Shown in pieces: positions 40,777 through 49,909 of a stretch of DNA of 64,000 nt. The DNA is from Thermoflexales bacterium (GTDB taxonomy: Bacteria; Chloroflexota; Anaerolineae; Fen-1058): assembly GCA_041738395.1 (NCBI GenBank), contig JBGSPW010000064.1, positions 1 through 64,000 of the forward strand. The letters are read 5' to 3'. Both the position numbers and the translations under genes were made by a program. The stretch's first letter is position 1. The number at the start of each line of letters is the position of its first letter. The notes beneath the pieces are model-generated. The model was not told the DNA's origin and searched no databases. It saw nothing but the letters and a program-made list of their open reading frames with translations.

Positions 40777-41787
40777 CTACACGATCGGTCGGGGCAGCAA
40801 GCCCGCGCCTTCCACGATCGGCTTGACGGCTTCTTCCCACTCGATCGCCATGATGTGCACCCCGGCCACGCCTTCAATCTCGCGCAGCTGTTGGATCAGT
40901 TCGATGCAAATTTTCATGCCTTCGGCCTGCCACGCACCCGATCGGGCTTTCTTGTCTTCCTTGGTCAGCTCGTCTTTCGACTTGTTCGCCCACGGCGCAC
41001 CGGCTTGCGTCATGCGCTCGATGAGTGGATCGGGGATCCGCAGGCCCGGCACGTTGTCTTTCATGTAGCGCGCCATCGTCGGGCTTTTGAGCGGCCCGAC
41101 CCCCGCCAGGAGGTAGACTTTTTCGTGCAGGCCCAGTTCACGCACCTTCGCCATGAAGGTCTTGAAGCCGTCGATGTCGTAGATGAGCTGCGTCTGAATG
41201 AAGCTCGCACCCGCCTGCACTTTCTTGGCGAGCCGATACGGGCGAAAGTCGATCGGGCTGGCGAAGGGCGACTCCGCAGCTCCGACGAAGAAGCGCGGCT
41301 CTTGTCCCTTGATCGCTTCACCGCACTGGAAGGCGTGCTGATCGCGCAGGGCCGTCACCATCTGCACCATCTGGATCGAATCCATGTCGAAGACGTTCTT
41401 CGCATTGGGATGGTTGCCAAAGGTCTGATGATCGCCCGACAGGCACAGCAGGTTGCGCATGCCCAGCGCATACGCGCCCAGTAGATCGCTCTGCATGGCG
41501 AGACGATTGCGATCGCGGCACGTCATCTGGATGATAGGCTCCAATCCTTCCTGCACCACGAGCGTGCCCGCGCCGATGCTGGACATGCGCACGATGGCCG
41601 TCTGGTTGTCAGTGATGTTCACCGCATCGCAGTTGCCTTTGAGCAGTTTTGCTTTCTTCCGAATCACCTCGACATCAGCGTTTTGCGGCGGGCCAAGTTC
41701 ACCCGTGACGGCAAAGTGGCCGTTCTTCAACACCTTCTCCAGATTCGATCCAGACAGATAGCCGTTGCCGTTAGGTTGTGGAGTCAT
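40777..41787 (-). CDS. metF: Methylenetetrahydrofolate reductase MetF.
   Basis: MTPQPNGNGYLS...FAVTGELGPP...SIQMTCRD... matches the MTHFR fold. GGAGGCA RBS 5 nt before the ATG at 41787. Confidence 0.85.
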   Translation of the reverse strand: MTPQPNGNGYLSGSNLEKVLKNGHFAVTGELGPPQNADVEVIRKKAKLLKGNCDAVNITDNQTAIVRMSSIGAGTLVVQEGLEPIIQMTCRDRNRLAMQSDLLGAYALGMRNLLCLSGDHQTFGNHPNAKNVFDMDSIQMVQMVTALRDQHAFQCGEAIKGQEPRFFVGAAESPFASPIDFRPYRLAKKVQAGASFIQTQLIYDIDGFKTFMAKVRELGLHEKVYLLAGVGPLKSPTMARYMKDNVPGLRIPDPLIERMTQAGAPWANKSKDELTKEDKKARSGAWQAEGMKICIELIQQLREIEGVAGVHIMAIEWEEAVKPIVEGAGLLPRPIV

Positions 41788-41799
41788 CGATGCCTCCTG

Positions 41800-41872
41800 A
41801 ATTCGGAATGTGGAATGCGGAATACGGAATGCCCCATTCCGAGTTCCAAATTCTGCATTCCGAATTAATCTA
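41800..41872. repeat. Palindromic element built from GGAATG/CATTCC heptamer-like units in the metV-metF spacer.
   Basis: gaattcggaatgtggaatgcggaatacggaatgccccattccgag...cattccgaatt. Confidence 0.8.
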
Positions 41873-42556
41873 TCATTCTTCTTCCGCTGCCAGTCGCAGA
41901 TCAGGCCGAACAATTTTACGCGGGCCGCCGTCACGTGACGTGCGCCAATTCTTGGGCGGCTGGATCTCCAACAGCCGATCAAGCTTGCCCATGTGATCCA
42001 GCCGATCGTAGATGAGCTGCCACGCGCAGGGAATCTCGTCGTTGATCTCGCAGTGCCCGTCTTCCGATCCGCCGCACGGGCCATTGAGCAGCGACTTCGA
42101 GCAGCGCGCGATCGGACAGATGCCGCCCGTCAAACCGAGGATGCAATCGCCGCAGGCCGCGCAGCGCTCCGTCCACACGCCCTGCTCCACCGGCAGGCCG
42201 AGGAACTTGGTGTTGAGGCCGGGCACGATCCAGGCATCGGGAAAATGCTCGGCCAGCGCCTGCACGCCGATGCCGCAGCCCAGCGACAGCACCACGTCGA
42301 CGACGCCCACTTGCTCGGCAATCTCGTCGAGGTATTCCCATTCGCACTGGCGCTGTACGGTCACATCGGTCACGTCCTTGGCGCCGCCGTCGAGTTTGGT
42401 CGCCATGCGCAATGACGCCGCGACAATCGCGGCTTCGCGCGCGCCGCCCGCAAAGCAGACAGTCACACAGGTGCCACAGCCCGCGACCAGCACCTTCTGC
42501 GCGTCGCCGATCAACGTCTTGATTTCTGCTAAGGGTTTCTGTTCGGCTACGATCAT
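41873..42556 (-). CDS. metV: MetV-like protein (MTHFR C-terminal-domain, Cys-rich zinc-binding), the small subunit partner of MetF.
   Basis: Cys clusters CGTCVTVC, CAACGDCILGLTGGICPIARCSKSLLNGPCGG and CEINDEIPC. GGAGAG RBS before the ATG at 42556. Confidence 0.7.
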   Translation of the reverse strand: MIVAEQKPLAEIKTLIGDAQKVLVAGCGTCVTVCFAGGAREAAIVAASLRMATKLDGGAKDVTDVTVQRQCEWEYLDEIAEQVGVVDVVLSLGCGIGVQALAEHFPDAWIVPGLNTKFLGLPVEQGVWTERCAACGDCILGLTGGICPIARCSKSLLNGPCGGSEDGHCEINDEIPCAWQLIYDRLDHMGKLDRLLEIQPPKNWRTSRDGGPRKIVRPDLRLAAEEE

Positions 42557-42630
42557 GGCTCTCTCCATTTCTGAATGTTGATTGCGGATTTCTGATTGCC
42601 GATTGGTCTTCAATCAACAATCAGCATTCA

Positions 42631-43065
42631 TCAATCAGCAATTCGCAGAGGATTTGCTCCCAACGCCTCAATCTTTTCTGTCATTTCCGTTGTCGCCGTC
42701 ACAAACTGATTGGCCATCGCCGACGACAGATTGAACATAGCGACTCGCTCCGGTTCAAGTCCAATCTGCCTGAGCAAGTCCTTCACGTACGCCACTCGGC
42801 GTTTGGCGTTAGCATTACCTTCCAGGTAATGACAGTCGCCGGGCAGTCAACCCGCCACCATGATGCCGTCCGCGCCGTCTTCTATCGCACGGAGTACGGT
42901 CAGCACATCCATCCGGCCTGTGCACGGTATCTGCACGATCTTGATCGCGGGCGGGTATTGCATCCGCAACCCGCCGGCTAGATCGGCGGCCGCGTAGGCG
43001 CAGTGCTCGCAGCAATAGGCGATGATGTTGAGTTGGTTAGCACGTACAGATGCAACGTCGTTCAT
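42631..43065 (-). CDS. mvhD: MvhD-family [2Fe-2S] protein with an in-frame TGA (42847-42849) at the conserved Cys position. Putative selenoprotein.
   Basis: ...PCTGRMDVLTVLRAIEDGADGIMVAG-[TGA]-LPGDCHYLEGNANAKRR... aligns with MvhD consensus GADGVLVAGChxGDCHY. A hairpin (cattaccttccaggtaatg) lies 15 nt downstream of the TGA, at plus 42814-42832. The open frame continues to a TGA stop at 42631. Confidence 0.7.
42814..42832 (-). promoter_or_regulatory. Putative bacterial SECIS hairpin downstream of the mvhD copy-1 UGA.
   Basis: Perfect 7-bp stem CAUUACC/GGUAAUG with a 5-nt loop, starting 15 nt 3' of the UGA. Confidence 0.55.
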
Positions 43066-43155
43066 CTACTTCACCACAGTCATTGCGTTCGCGATGTCTT
43101 CGGCGATCATCTTGTTAAGCTTCTCGTTACTTTGCCAGAACAGTTTCTCCTGAGA

Positions 43156-43932
43156 TCATCTTGAATTGAACAAAGCCATTTCGATATCACATGGCCGAAA
43201 CTTGGACTCGATATTCTCCCCAGCAGCATCAACGTCATTGAAAGTAAGACGCGCGTTGTTTAGCGCTGCTGCCTCTGCCTGCAAAAAGGGAACATATTCC
43301 GTGTAGTACTTATTGATGTTCACGCTTAGATCGCTGATATAGCCATCTTCCGTTCGGAGACTGAGCGTAGTAATACCATTTTTCTGTGTGAAATCATTGA
43401 CGACGTGCTTATCCATGATGCCATAATCATTCGGATACAAGAAACGAAGAAATGCTGTTGCAGTAGGGATTCTCACACCACCAATCCGGAACTTTTTTAG
43501 ACTTGACTCTCTGTATGCGTCAAGCAATTGCACATGTGCATCTTGTGCCCATTTTGCGCGCACATTCTCGACACTGCGTGATGTTCTGGATTTCTGCGAG
43601 GCCATTTTCCAATGCACAATTGCGCAGGTCACGCTCTTTAGGTTGCCAAGACGATCGCCTGTCCATTGACCACTCTCGTTAGCGCGACTACAGTCTTCAA
43701 AGACTGATCGGCTTATTACTTCAAACTTCCGCAAATTGACCCCACGCGGATAGCTCTGAGGAATGGCGGCCGGAAATATACCCGCGAATGTCCCAACATA
43801 CGGCAAGTCGTCAGTTTGAATGACTGTAAATTGCACTTCGCAGTCTCGGTAGTTATAGGCTTGTCTTTGCGCGACGTAACTGTTCAGAGGGATAAGGGTC
43901 ATAGGTATACTCCATCTACATACCCAAGCCAA
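43156..43932 (-). CDS. Hypothetical protein encoded by an AT-rich (about 45% GC) insert between hdrL1 and mvhD. Possible defense or restriction-related protein.
   Basis: GC content drops sharply relative to the 62% flanks. 258 aa with no confident family. The only motif noted is YPNDYGIMDKHVV. Confidence 0.45.
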   Translation of the reverse strand: MAWVCRWSIPMTLIPLNSYVAQRQAYNYRDCEVQFTVIQTDDLPYVGTFAGIFPAAIPQSYPRGVNLRKFEVISRSVFEDCSRANESGQWTGDRLGNLKSVTCAIVHWKMASQKSRTSRSVENVRAKWAQDAHVQLLDAYRESSLKKFRIGGVRIPTATAFLRFLYPNDYGIMDKHVVNDFTQKNGITTLSLRTEDGYISDLSVNINKYYTEYVPFLQAEAAALNNARLTFNDVDAAGENIESKFRPCDIEMALFNSR

Positions 43933-43936
43933 TCTC

Positions 43937-46900
43937 TTATCTGGTAGCTACAGTTTCTTTCACGGGCATGAATCGGCCCGATGGCTCCAACAACGCCTGC
44001 ACCTTCATCACCATCTGCGCATCCGTGTAGTGCATCAACTGAATCGCTTGCGCGGGACATTCGGCCACGCACGAGCCGCAACCCTGGCAGATCGCCGCTT
44101 CGATGTAGGCCGCACCCATAATGCTGCCCACGCCCGTCAAGTTCGCTTTGATCTTCGGCACGCCGAACGGGCAGATGCGCACGCACGTCAAGCAGCCGGT
44201 GCACTTCGCGTCATCCACTACTGCGACACGCCCACCCGCGACTAAAGACTCACGACTCAACACGCGCGCGGCGCGTGCGGCGGCGGCCTGCGCTTGAATC
44301 ATCGTCTCATCCAGCAGCTTCGGATAATGCGCCATACCCGCCATGAACACGCCATCGGATGCAAAATCGACCGGGCGCAGTTTGACGTGCGCTTCGAGGA
44401 AGAAGCCGTCGGCGTCGAGCGCGACTTTGAACAATTTCGCCACCTCGTGCGCATCGTCGCGTGGCACGACGGGCATGGACAGGACGACGAGATCGGGCTG
44501 CAGGGTGATGGTGCGCTGCAAGATGGAATCCCATGCTTGAACGACGATTGGGGAACTCGGAATTTGGAATTCGGAATTCGGATTGTTGATAATCACTTCC
44601 GGTTTATGATTGTCATCGTAGTGGACAAACAACACGCCACGTTCACGCGCGGTGGTATATATCCGTTCTTTGAAGCCATACGTCTGAATGTCTTTGTAGA
44701 GAATGACCACCTGCGCTGCGGGATTGAGTTCTTTGAATTGGATCGCGTTCTTGAGTGCGACGGTGCAGCAAATGCGGCTGCAGTATTTTTCCGCCGGGCC
44801 GACGCATTGGATCATGACGACTGAATGCGGAATGCGGAATGCGGAATGCGGAATGGAAAGCAACGACTCGAATTGCTGTTGAGTGATGATGTTCGGATGA
44901 GTGCCGAATCCATAATCCGGGCCGCGATATTCCTGTGCGCCTGTTGCTAGAATCGTGACGCCGTGCTGTATTTCTTGCATCTTGCATCCTACATCTTGCA
45001 TCTTGCATCCTGCATCTTGCTTCCCGCCTCTTGCATCCTGCGAAGCGTCCCCGTGGGATTGTATCTTGCTGATAAAATTGCCCATGAAGCCCGTCGTCGC
45101 TGCGACCTGGCTGTCGAGATAAACCGTGATGGAAGAGTTGTGCTCAACTTGATCAATCAGTTGCTTCAAGACGATTTGCGGATCTTGGGTCCCCTCTTCC
45201 ATCCCCCTCGCACGCGGGAGGGAAACCAGGACCCGCCGCAGATTGCCGCCGAGTTCATGCGCCTGCTCGACGAGATGAACGGGGAAGCCTTGATCGGCCA
45301 GCGACACAGCCGCGGTCATGCCGGCCGCGCCCCCGCCGACGATCAGGGCAGCGCGCTTCACCGGCACATCGATCAGGTGCTGCGGTTCAAGCAGCGCTGC
45401 GCGCGCCACCGCCATACGCACCAGGTCTTCAGCCTTCGCAGTGGCAACGTCCCAATCATGCGAATGAACCCACGAGCACTGATTGCGGATGTTCGCCATC
45501 TCGAACAGATAGGGATTCAAGCCGGCGTTGCGCAGGCAATCCTGAAACAGCGGCTGATGCGTCAAGGGAGTGCAGCTGGCCACCACCACGCGATTGAGAT
45601 GCTGCTCTTTGATCTGTTCGACGATGTGCTTGATGCTGTCTTGCGAGCACGCATACAAATTTGACTCGGCGTGAACCACGCCCGGCAGCGTCTTCGCATG
45701 GGCGGCAACCTGGGGCACATCGAGGAAGCCTGCGATATTCGAGCCGCAGTGGCACACAAACACGCCGATGCGCGGCTCTTCTTCGCGCACATCTCGCTCC
45801 GCTGGAAATTCCGGGCGCGTGGTCAACGCGAAGCGCGCCGTGCCGAGGCGTGTGGCAGCGGCGGCGGCGGCTCCGCTCGCTTCCACGACCGATTCAGGAA
45901 TATCCTTCGGTTCGCGGAACGGCCCGACGGCGTAGATGCCCGGTCGGCTAGTTTCCAACGGATTGAACTGCACCGTGTGACAGAAACCATATTCGTCGAG
46001 TTCGATCCCCAGGCGTTTGCCCAACGCGCGCACTGATTCGGAAATCTTCATACCGACGGATAACACGACCAGATCAAATTGTTCTTCGACAAGATCGAGT
46101 CCGGCGTCATTGCGAGGAGCGCTTCCTGAGCGGAGCAGAGCGTAGTCGAAGGACAGCGACGAAGCAATCTCCGGCTGTTCGGGACTGAGATTGCTTCGCA
46201 TCCTTCGACTACGCGGCGAACAGATGCCGCTCCACTCAGGACGCTCGCAATGACGGGCATCGGACTGATACCGAACGATCAGATTGTGAGTCTGTGGATT
46301 TTCATGCAGCTCGCTGATGCGACAGCGCGTGTAGTGAATACCGTACCGATCGCGCGCCCGTTCGAAGTAAGACCAGTAGCCCTTGCTGAACGCGCGCATG
46401 TCCATCATGAAGACCTGCACGTCCAGATCAGGTTGATGCTCTTTGGCGATCACTGCTTCTTTGGTCGCATACATGCAGCACACCGCCGAGCAGTAATCGT
46501 GCGTTTGATCGCGCGAGCCGACACATTGCAGGAAGGCAATCCGCTTTGGCGCTGCGCCATCCGATGGACGCCGTACCTGTCCCAGCGTCGGACCGGACGC
46601 CGACAACAACCGCTCGAATTGCAGCGCCGTGACCACGTTCGGATAACGACCGAAGCCATATTCGCGCGACAATGCCGCTTGATACACCTGATAGCCTGGA
46701 GCAAGGATGACAGCGCCGACGTCGATCTTTTCCTCGCGCGCGACCATGTTGTGATCGATCGCATCAACGCCGCAGGCATACACACACGCCAGGCACTCTG
46801 AGCAGATACCGCACTGCAGGCAGCGCTGCGCTTCGGCGCGGGCCTGCTGCTCGGTCAGCCCCAGCACCACCTCGCGGAAGCTGGTCACGCGTTCGGCCAT

Positions 46901-48724
46901 CGGTAGTAAGGCCGGTTGCGCCTTCGGCTGCAAGCGAATCTCTCCGCGCTGCACACGCTGCGTGATCTCTTCGCGCGTGAACTTCGCCACGGGCAGCGCC
47001 GGACGCGCCGGTTGATCGAGCGCCTCATGCTGCAAGTAACGCTGAATCGAAACCGCCACGCGATGCCCCAGCGCCACCGCCTCGATAATGTAGCTGGCTC
47101 CGGTCTTGCGGCCACCAACCACGAAGAGGCCGGGAATCTTGCTAGCCAAGGTCTTGTGATCGACGGCGAGATCGTCGAAGGCCGGATCGAGGAAGTTCAA
47201 ATCCGAGAATTGCCCCACCGTGACGATCACCGTATCCAGTTCCAGCGTGAACTCGGTGCCGGCCTCGATGGTCGGCCGGCGGCGGCCATGCGCATCCGTC
47301 GTCAGGCCACTGCCCGTCTGCGCCAGTTCCACGCCGGCCACCTTTCCGTTCTTCGCTAGAATGCGCGTGACCGTCGTATGTTCATGCAAATGAATGCCCT
47401 CGCTCTCGATGGCCGCCATCTCCCATTCATACGCCGGGATTTCGCCGCGGGGCCGATCGAGCACCAGGTAGACTTCAGCCGCGCCCAAACGTCGCGCGAC
47501 AGCTGCCGCATCCAACGCCGTGATGCCGCCGCCGATCACCGTTACGCGATTACCGATCACGATCGGTTCGCCGAGATTGATCTTGCGCAGGAAGGTGGCG
47601 GCCGAAATCACACCTGCGGCGTCTTCACCCTCAAGCCCGATCGCTGGATCACGCGACGAGATCCCCGTCGCCAGGCAGACGGCGTTGTAGCCCTGCTTCA
47701 ACAGTTGCGCCGGGTCCTTGATCGGCGAGTTGGTCTTGAGCACCACACCCAACGCCAGGATGTCGTCGATGTCCTGCTGCAGCACGCCCTTGGGCAGGCG
47801 ATGCGCGGGAATGCCGACCCGCATCATGCCACCGGCCACCGGCAGCGCTTCGTAGACGGTGACGCCGTAACCTTGCTTTACCAGATCATGCGCCGCCGTC
47901 AGACCGGCCGGGCCGGCCCCGATCACGGCCACCCATTCGGGACGCGTACGCGCGATCGGGGTGACCGGTTCACGCCCATAGGCCAGCGCATAATCCATCA
48001 CGAAGCGCTTGAGCGACATGATGCCTACCGCTTCATCGGCCAAGGCGCGCGTGCAATGTCCCTCGCAGGGATGATGACATGTGCGGCCACACACGCTGGG
48101 GAATGGATTGTCTTCTTTGATCGTGCGGAAGGCCTCGCGATAACGGCCCTGTGCGATCAACGCGATGTAACCTTGCGCGCGCTGTCCAGCCGGACAAGCA
48201 TCACGACACGGCGCGACACCGCGTTTCTCAATCGCATAAGCCGACGGCACCGCCTGAGCATACAGCCGATAAGCTGCCCGGCGATCCTTCAGCCCTTCTT
48301 CGTAGAGATCGGGCAACACGATCGGGCAAACCTTGGCGCAATCGCCGCAGCCTACACATTTGGTCACATCGATGTAACGCGGCCTGCGGCGCACGGATAC
48401 CGTGAAGTTTCCGGCCTGCCCTTCGACGCCCAGCACGTCGGTATCGGTGAGAATGTCGATGTTGAGATGACGTCCGGTTTCGACCAGGCGCGGGCTGATA
48501 TTGCACATCGCGCAATCGTTGGTGGGGAACGTCTTGTCCAACTGTGCCATGTGCCCGCCGATGGCCGACTTCTCTTCGACGAGATAGACCTTGAAGCCCT
48601 GATCGGCGAGATCGAGCGAAGCCTGCATGCCGGCAATCCCACCGCCGACGACCATCACCGCGCCGACTGGTGTCGATTGGCTTCGAGGTATTTGATTCAC
48701 GTCGATTGGACTTGTGATGTCCAT
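43937..48724 (-). CDS. hdrL: HdrL-type giant flavoprotein (1595 aa). It comprises an HdrA-like N-terminal FAD/Fe-S module, a GltD-like NAD(P)H-binding domain, a full HdrA core, a second FAD-binding module and a C-terminal di-cluster ferredoxin.
   Basis: VVGGGIAGMQASLDLA...TFPTNDCAMC. CVGCGDCAKVCP. GltD-like CPAGQRAQGYIAL...AVIGAGPAGLTAAHDL. CLQCGICSECLACVYAC...FLQCVGSRD...CSAVCCMYATKEA. C-terminal CTGCLTCVRICP...CQGCGSCVAECP. Confidence 0.8.
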   Translation of the reverse strand: MDITSPIDVNQIPRSQSTPVGAVMVVGGGIAGMQASLDLADQGFKVYLVEEKSAIGGHMAQLDKTFPTNDCAMCNISPRLVETGRHLNIDILTDTDVLGVEGQAGNFTVSVRRRPRYIDVTKCVGCGDCAKVCPIVLPDLYEEGLKDRRAAYRLYAQAVPSAYAIEKRGVAPCRDACPAGQRAQGYIALIAQGRYREAFRTIKEDNPFPSVCGRTCHHPCEGHCTRALADEAVGIMSLKRFVMDYALAYGREPVTPIARTRPEWVAVIGAGPAGLTAAHDLVKQGYGVTVYEALPVAGGMMRVGIPAHRLPKGVLQQDIDDILALGVVLKTNSPIKDPAQLLKQGYNAVCLATGISSRDPAIGLEGEDAAGVISAATFLRKINLGEPIVIGNRVTVIGGGITALDAAAVARRLGAAEVYLVLDRPRGEIPAYEWEMAAIESEGIHLHEHTTVTRILAKNGKVAGVELAQTGSGLTTDAHGRRRPTIEAGTEFTLELDTVIVTVGQFSDLNFLDPAFDDLAVDHKTLASKIPGLFVVGGRKTGASYIIEAVALGHRVAVSIQRYLQHEALDQPARPALPVAKFTREEITQRVQRGEIRLQPKAQPALLPMAERVTSFREVVLGLTEQQARAEAQRCLQCGICSECLACVYACGVDAIDHNMVAREEKIDVGAVILAPGYQVYQAALSREYGFGRYPNVVTALQFERLLSASGPTLGQVRRPSDGAAPKRIAFLQCVGSRDQTHDYCSAVCCMYATKEAVIAKEHQPDLDVQVFMMDMRAFSKGYWSYFERARDRYGIHYTRCRISELHENPQTHNLIVRYQSDARHCERPEWSGICSPRSRRMRSNLSPEQPEIASSLSFDYALLRSGSAPRNDAGLDLVEEQFDLVVLSVGMKISESVRALGKRLGIELDEYGFCHTVQFNPLETSRPGIYAVGPFREPKDIPESVVEASGAAAAAATRLGTARFALTTRPEFPAERDVREEEPRIGVFVCHCGSNIAGFLDVPQVAAHAKTLPGVVHAESNLYACSQDSIKHIVEQIKEQHLNRVVVASCTPLTHQPLFQDCLRNAGLNPYLFEMANIRNQCSWVHSHDWDVATAKAEDLVRMAVARAALLEPQHLIDVPVKRAALIVGGGAAGMTAAVSLADQGFPVHLVEQAHELGGNLRRVLVSLPRARGMEEGTQDPQIVLKQLIDQVEHNSSITVYLDSQVAATTGFMGNFISKIQSHGDASQDARGGKQDAGCKMQDVGCKMQEIQHGVTILATGAQEYRGPDYGFGTHPNIITQQQFESLLSIPHSAFRIPHSVVMIQCVGPAEKYCSRICCTVALKNAIQFKELNPAAQVVILYKDIQTYGFKERIYTTARERGVLFVHYDDNHKPEVIINNPNSEFQIPSSPIVVQAWDSILQRTITLQPDLVVLSMPVVPRDDAHEVAKLFKVALDADGFFLEAHVKLRPVDFASDGVFMAGMAHYPKLLDETMIQAQAAAARAARVLSRESLVAGGRVAVVDDAKCTGCLTCVRICPFGVPKIKANLTGVGSIMGAAYIEAAICQGCGSCVAECPAQAIQLMHYTDAQMVMKVQALLEPSGRFMPVKETVATR
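44976..45040. repeat. About nine copies of the CATCYTG heptanucleotide tandem repeat inside hdrL1 coding sequence. Three units (21 nt) encode one heptapeptide unit (KQDAGCKMQDVGCKMQ).
   Basis: Plus strand catcttgcatcctacatcttgcatcttgcatcctgcatcttgcttcccgcctcttgcatcctg. Further CGGAATG/GGAATTC tracts lie at 44563-44588 and 44824-44856. Confidence 0.9.
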
Positions 48725-48786
48725 GTTACTTCTTCGCTTCGTGCACCGACATTCATTTATGAATTGTTAGGTGCATTGACAACGAT

Positions 48787-49683
48787 TTAACTGCACCGAT
48801 CAGCACGAAAAGATAACGGTGATAGGTTAAACGTATCGACAAAGTCATCCGTAGTGTACTGAGTAAGTAACGGATGCTGAGAGATAGCTGATCTAACCAC
48901 GCAGAGAACAAAGTGCTGGTCAATCTGCGCTTGTTTCACTTCACGTGCAGTAATAATGAATGACTCTATGTCGCCTCTGACGCCTTTGACCTCGACATGC
49001 TTGAATTCAGATCCCTTTTCACAAAGAAGATCAAACCCGCGTTTATCAACTTCTACTGATTGCACTTTCCAGCCGTGTGACTCATAATGCTTCTTGACAA
49101 TAGTGATTGCCGCTTGTTCAACTCTCCGATTGCTCTCTGGTGAGCCAAATCCAGCTCCGACCTTGGTTGCCTGCCCGTTATTCTCGACAAGGTCTACTTT
49201 TGCCTGAATAGGCATGCTTTTAGCTGGCAATGGACGATCCAAAAAATGCGCCCAGTCTCGTTCAAGCTGCTCAGCAATATCTTCTGGAATAGTCCTACCA
49301 GATGCCCGTGGCTCCCAATTCATCCTTGAGTAGATGCCGCTGTTTAGCCGTTCTCTTGGAAATATTCCTTTGTGAGGGTCAAGAATGGTATCAAAGTCCA
49401 CATCTATGTATAAAGCGGATTTACCCTTCTTGCGCGCTGCCGGATTCCAATGCGGTCCCGGACTGACTTTTTCGCTTGTCACTACCCCGGAGGCCATAAT
49501 ACCGCGAGGAGGCTCTTTACCTAGCTTGATGAGAAACACGCGATCGCCTTGAACAATCTTCTTCGTCACACCGCAACTCCAAGAGTCGGAAAGATAGCCA
49601 TATTTTTCAATCTCCTGAATATCTTTCTGAAGACGCTTCCACGGCGTTAGTACTTTATTCCATGTCAGTAGGTAAGTCGCCAT
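48787..49683 (-). CDS. PUA/EVE-like N-terminal domain fused to a DUF3883 (NOV_C, restriction-endonuclease-like) domain. Candidate modification-dependent restriction or defense protein. The gene is AT-rich (about 45% GC).
   Basis: N-terminus LTWNKVLTPW...IVQGDRVFLIKLGKEPPRGIMASGVVTSE is EVE/PUA-like. C-terminus ...KRGFDLLCEKGSEFKHVEVKGVRGD...FIITAREVKQA matches the DUF3883 GyDi...iEVK...E pattern. Confidence 0.5.
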   Translation of the reverse strand: MATYLLTWNKVLTPWKRLQKDIQEIEKYGYLSDSWSCGVTKKIVQGDRVFLIKLGKEPPRGIMASGVVTSEKVSPGPHWNPAARKKGKSALYIDVDFDTILDPHKGIFPRERLNSGIYSRMNWEPRASGRTIPEDIAEQLERDWAHFLDRPLPAKSMPIQAKVDLVENNGQATKVGAGFGSPESNRRVEQAAITIVKKHYESHGWKVQSVEVDKRGFDLLCEKGSEFKHVEVKGVRGDIESFIITAREVKQAQIDQHFVLCVVRSAISQHPLLTQYTTDDFVDTFNLSPLSFRADRCS

Positions 49684-49909
49684 ATCTTTGCTCCACTTTG
49701 AGGTATTACGCCCGACTACTTCTTCACTTACGCCTCATCCATCGCCATCCATTCGCGCCGCCATCAATGTGTCATGCTGAGCGCATTTTGCGAAGCATCT
49801 CTCTCACGGCAGGCCACGTTTGCCAGTCAGAGGTAGAGATTCCTCGCTTCGCTCGGAATGACACACCACATGACGTTTATTCCGCACTCCGCACTCCCCA
49901 TTCCGCATT

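Noticed and set aside
43899-48790. Numerous 60-470 aa ORFs on the opposite strand of hdrL1, hdrL2 and hdrA.
   Set aside because: They are antisense shadows inside confidently assigned long genes in high-GC DNA. They have no RBS and no coherent domains.
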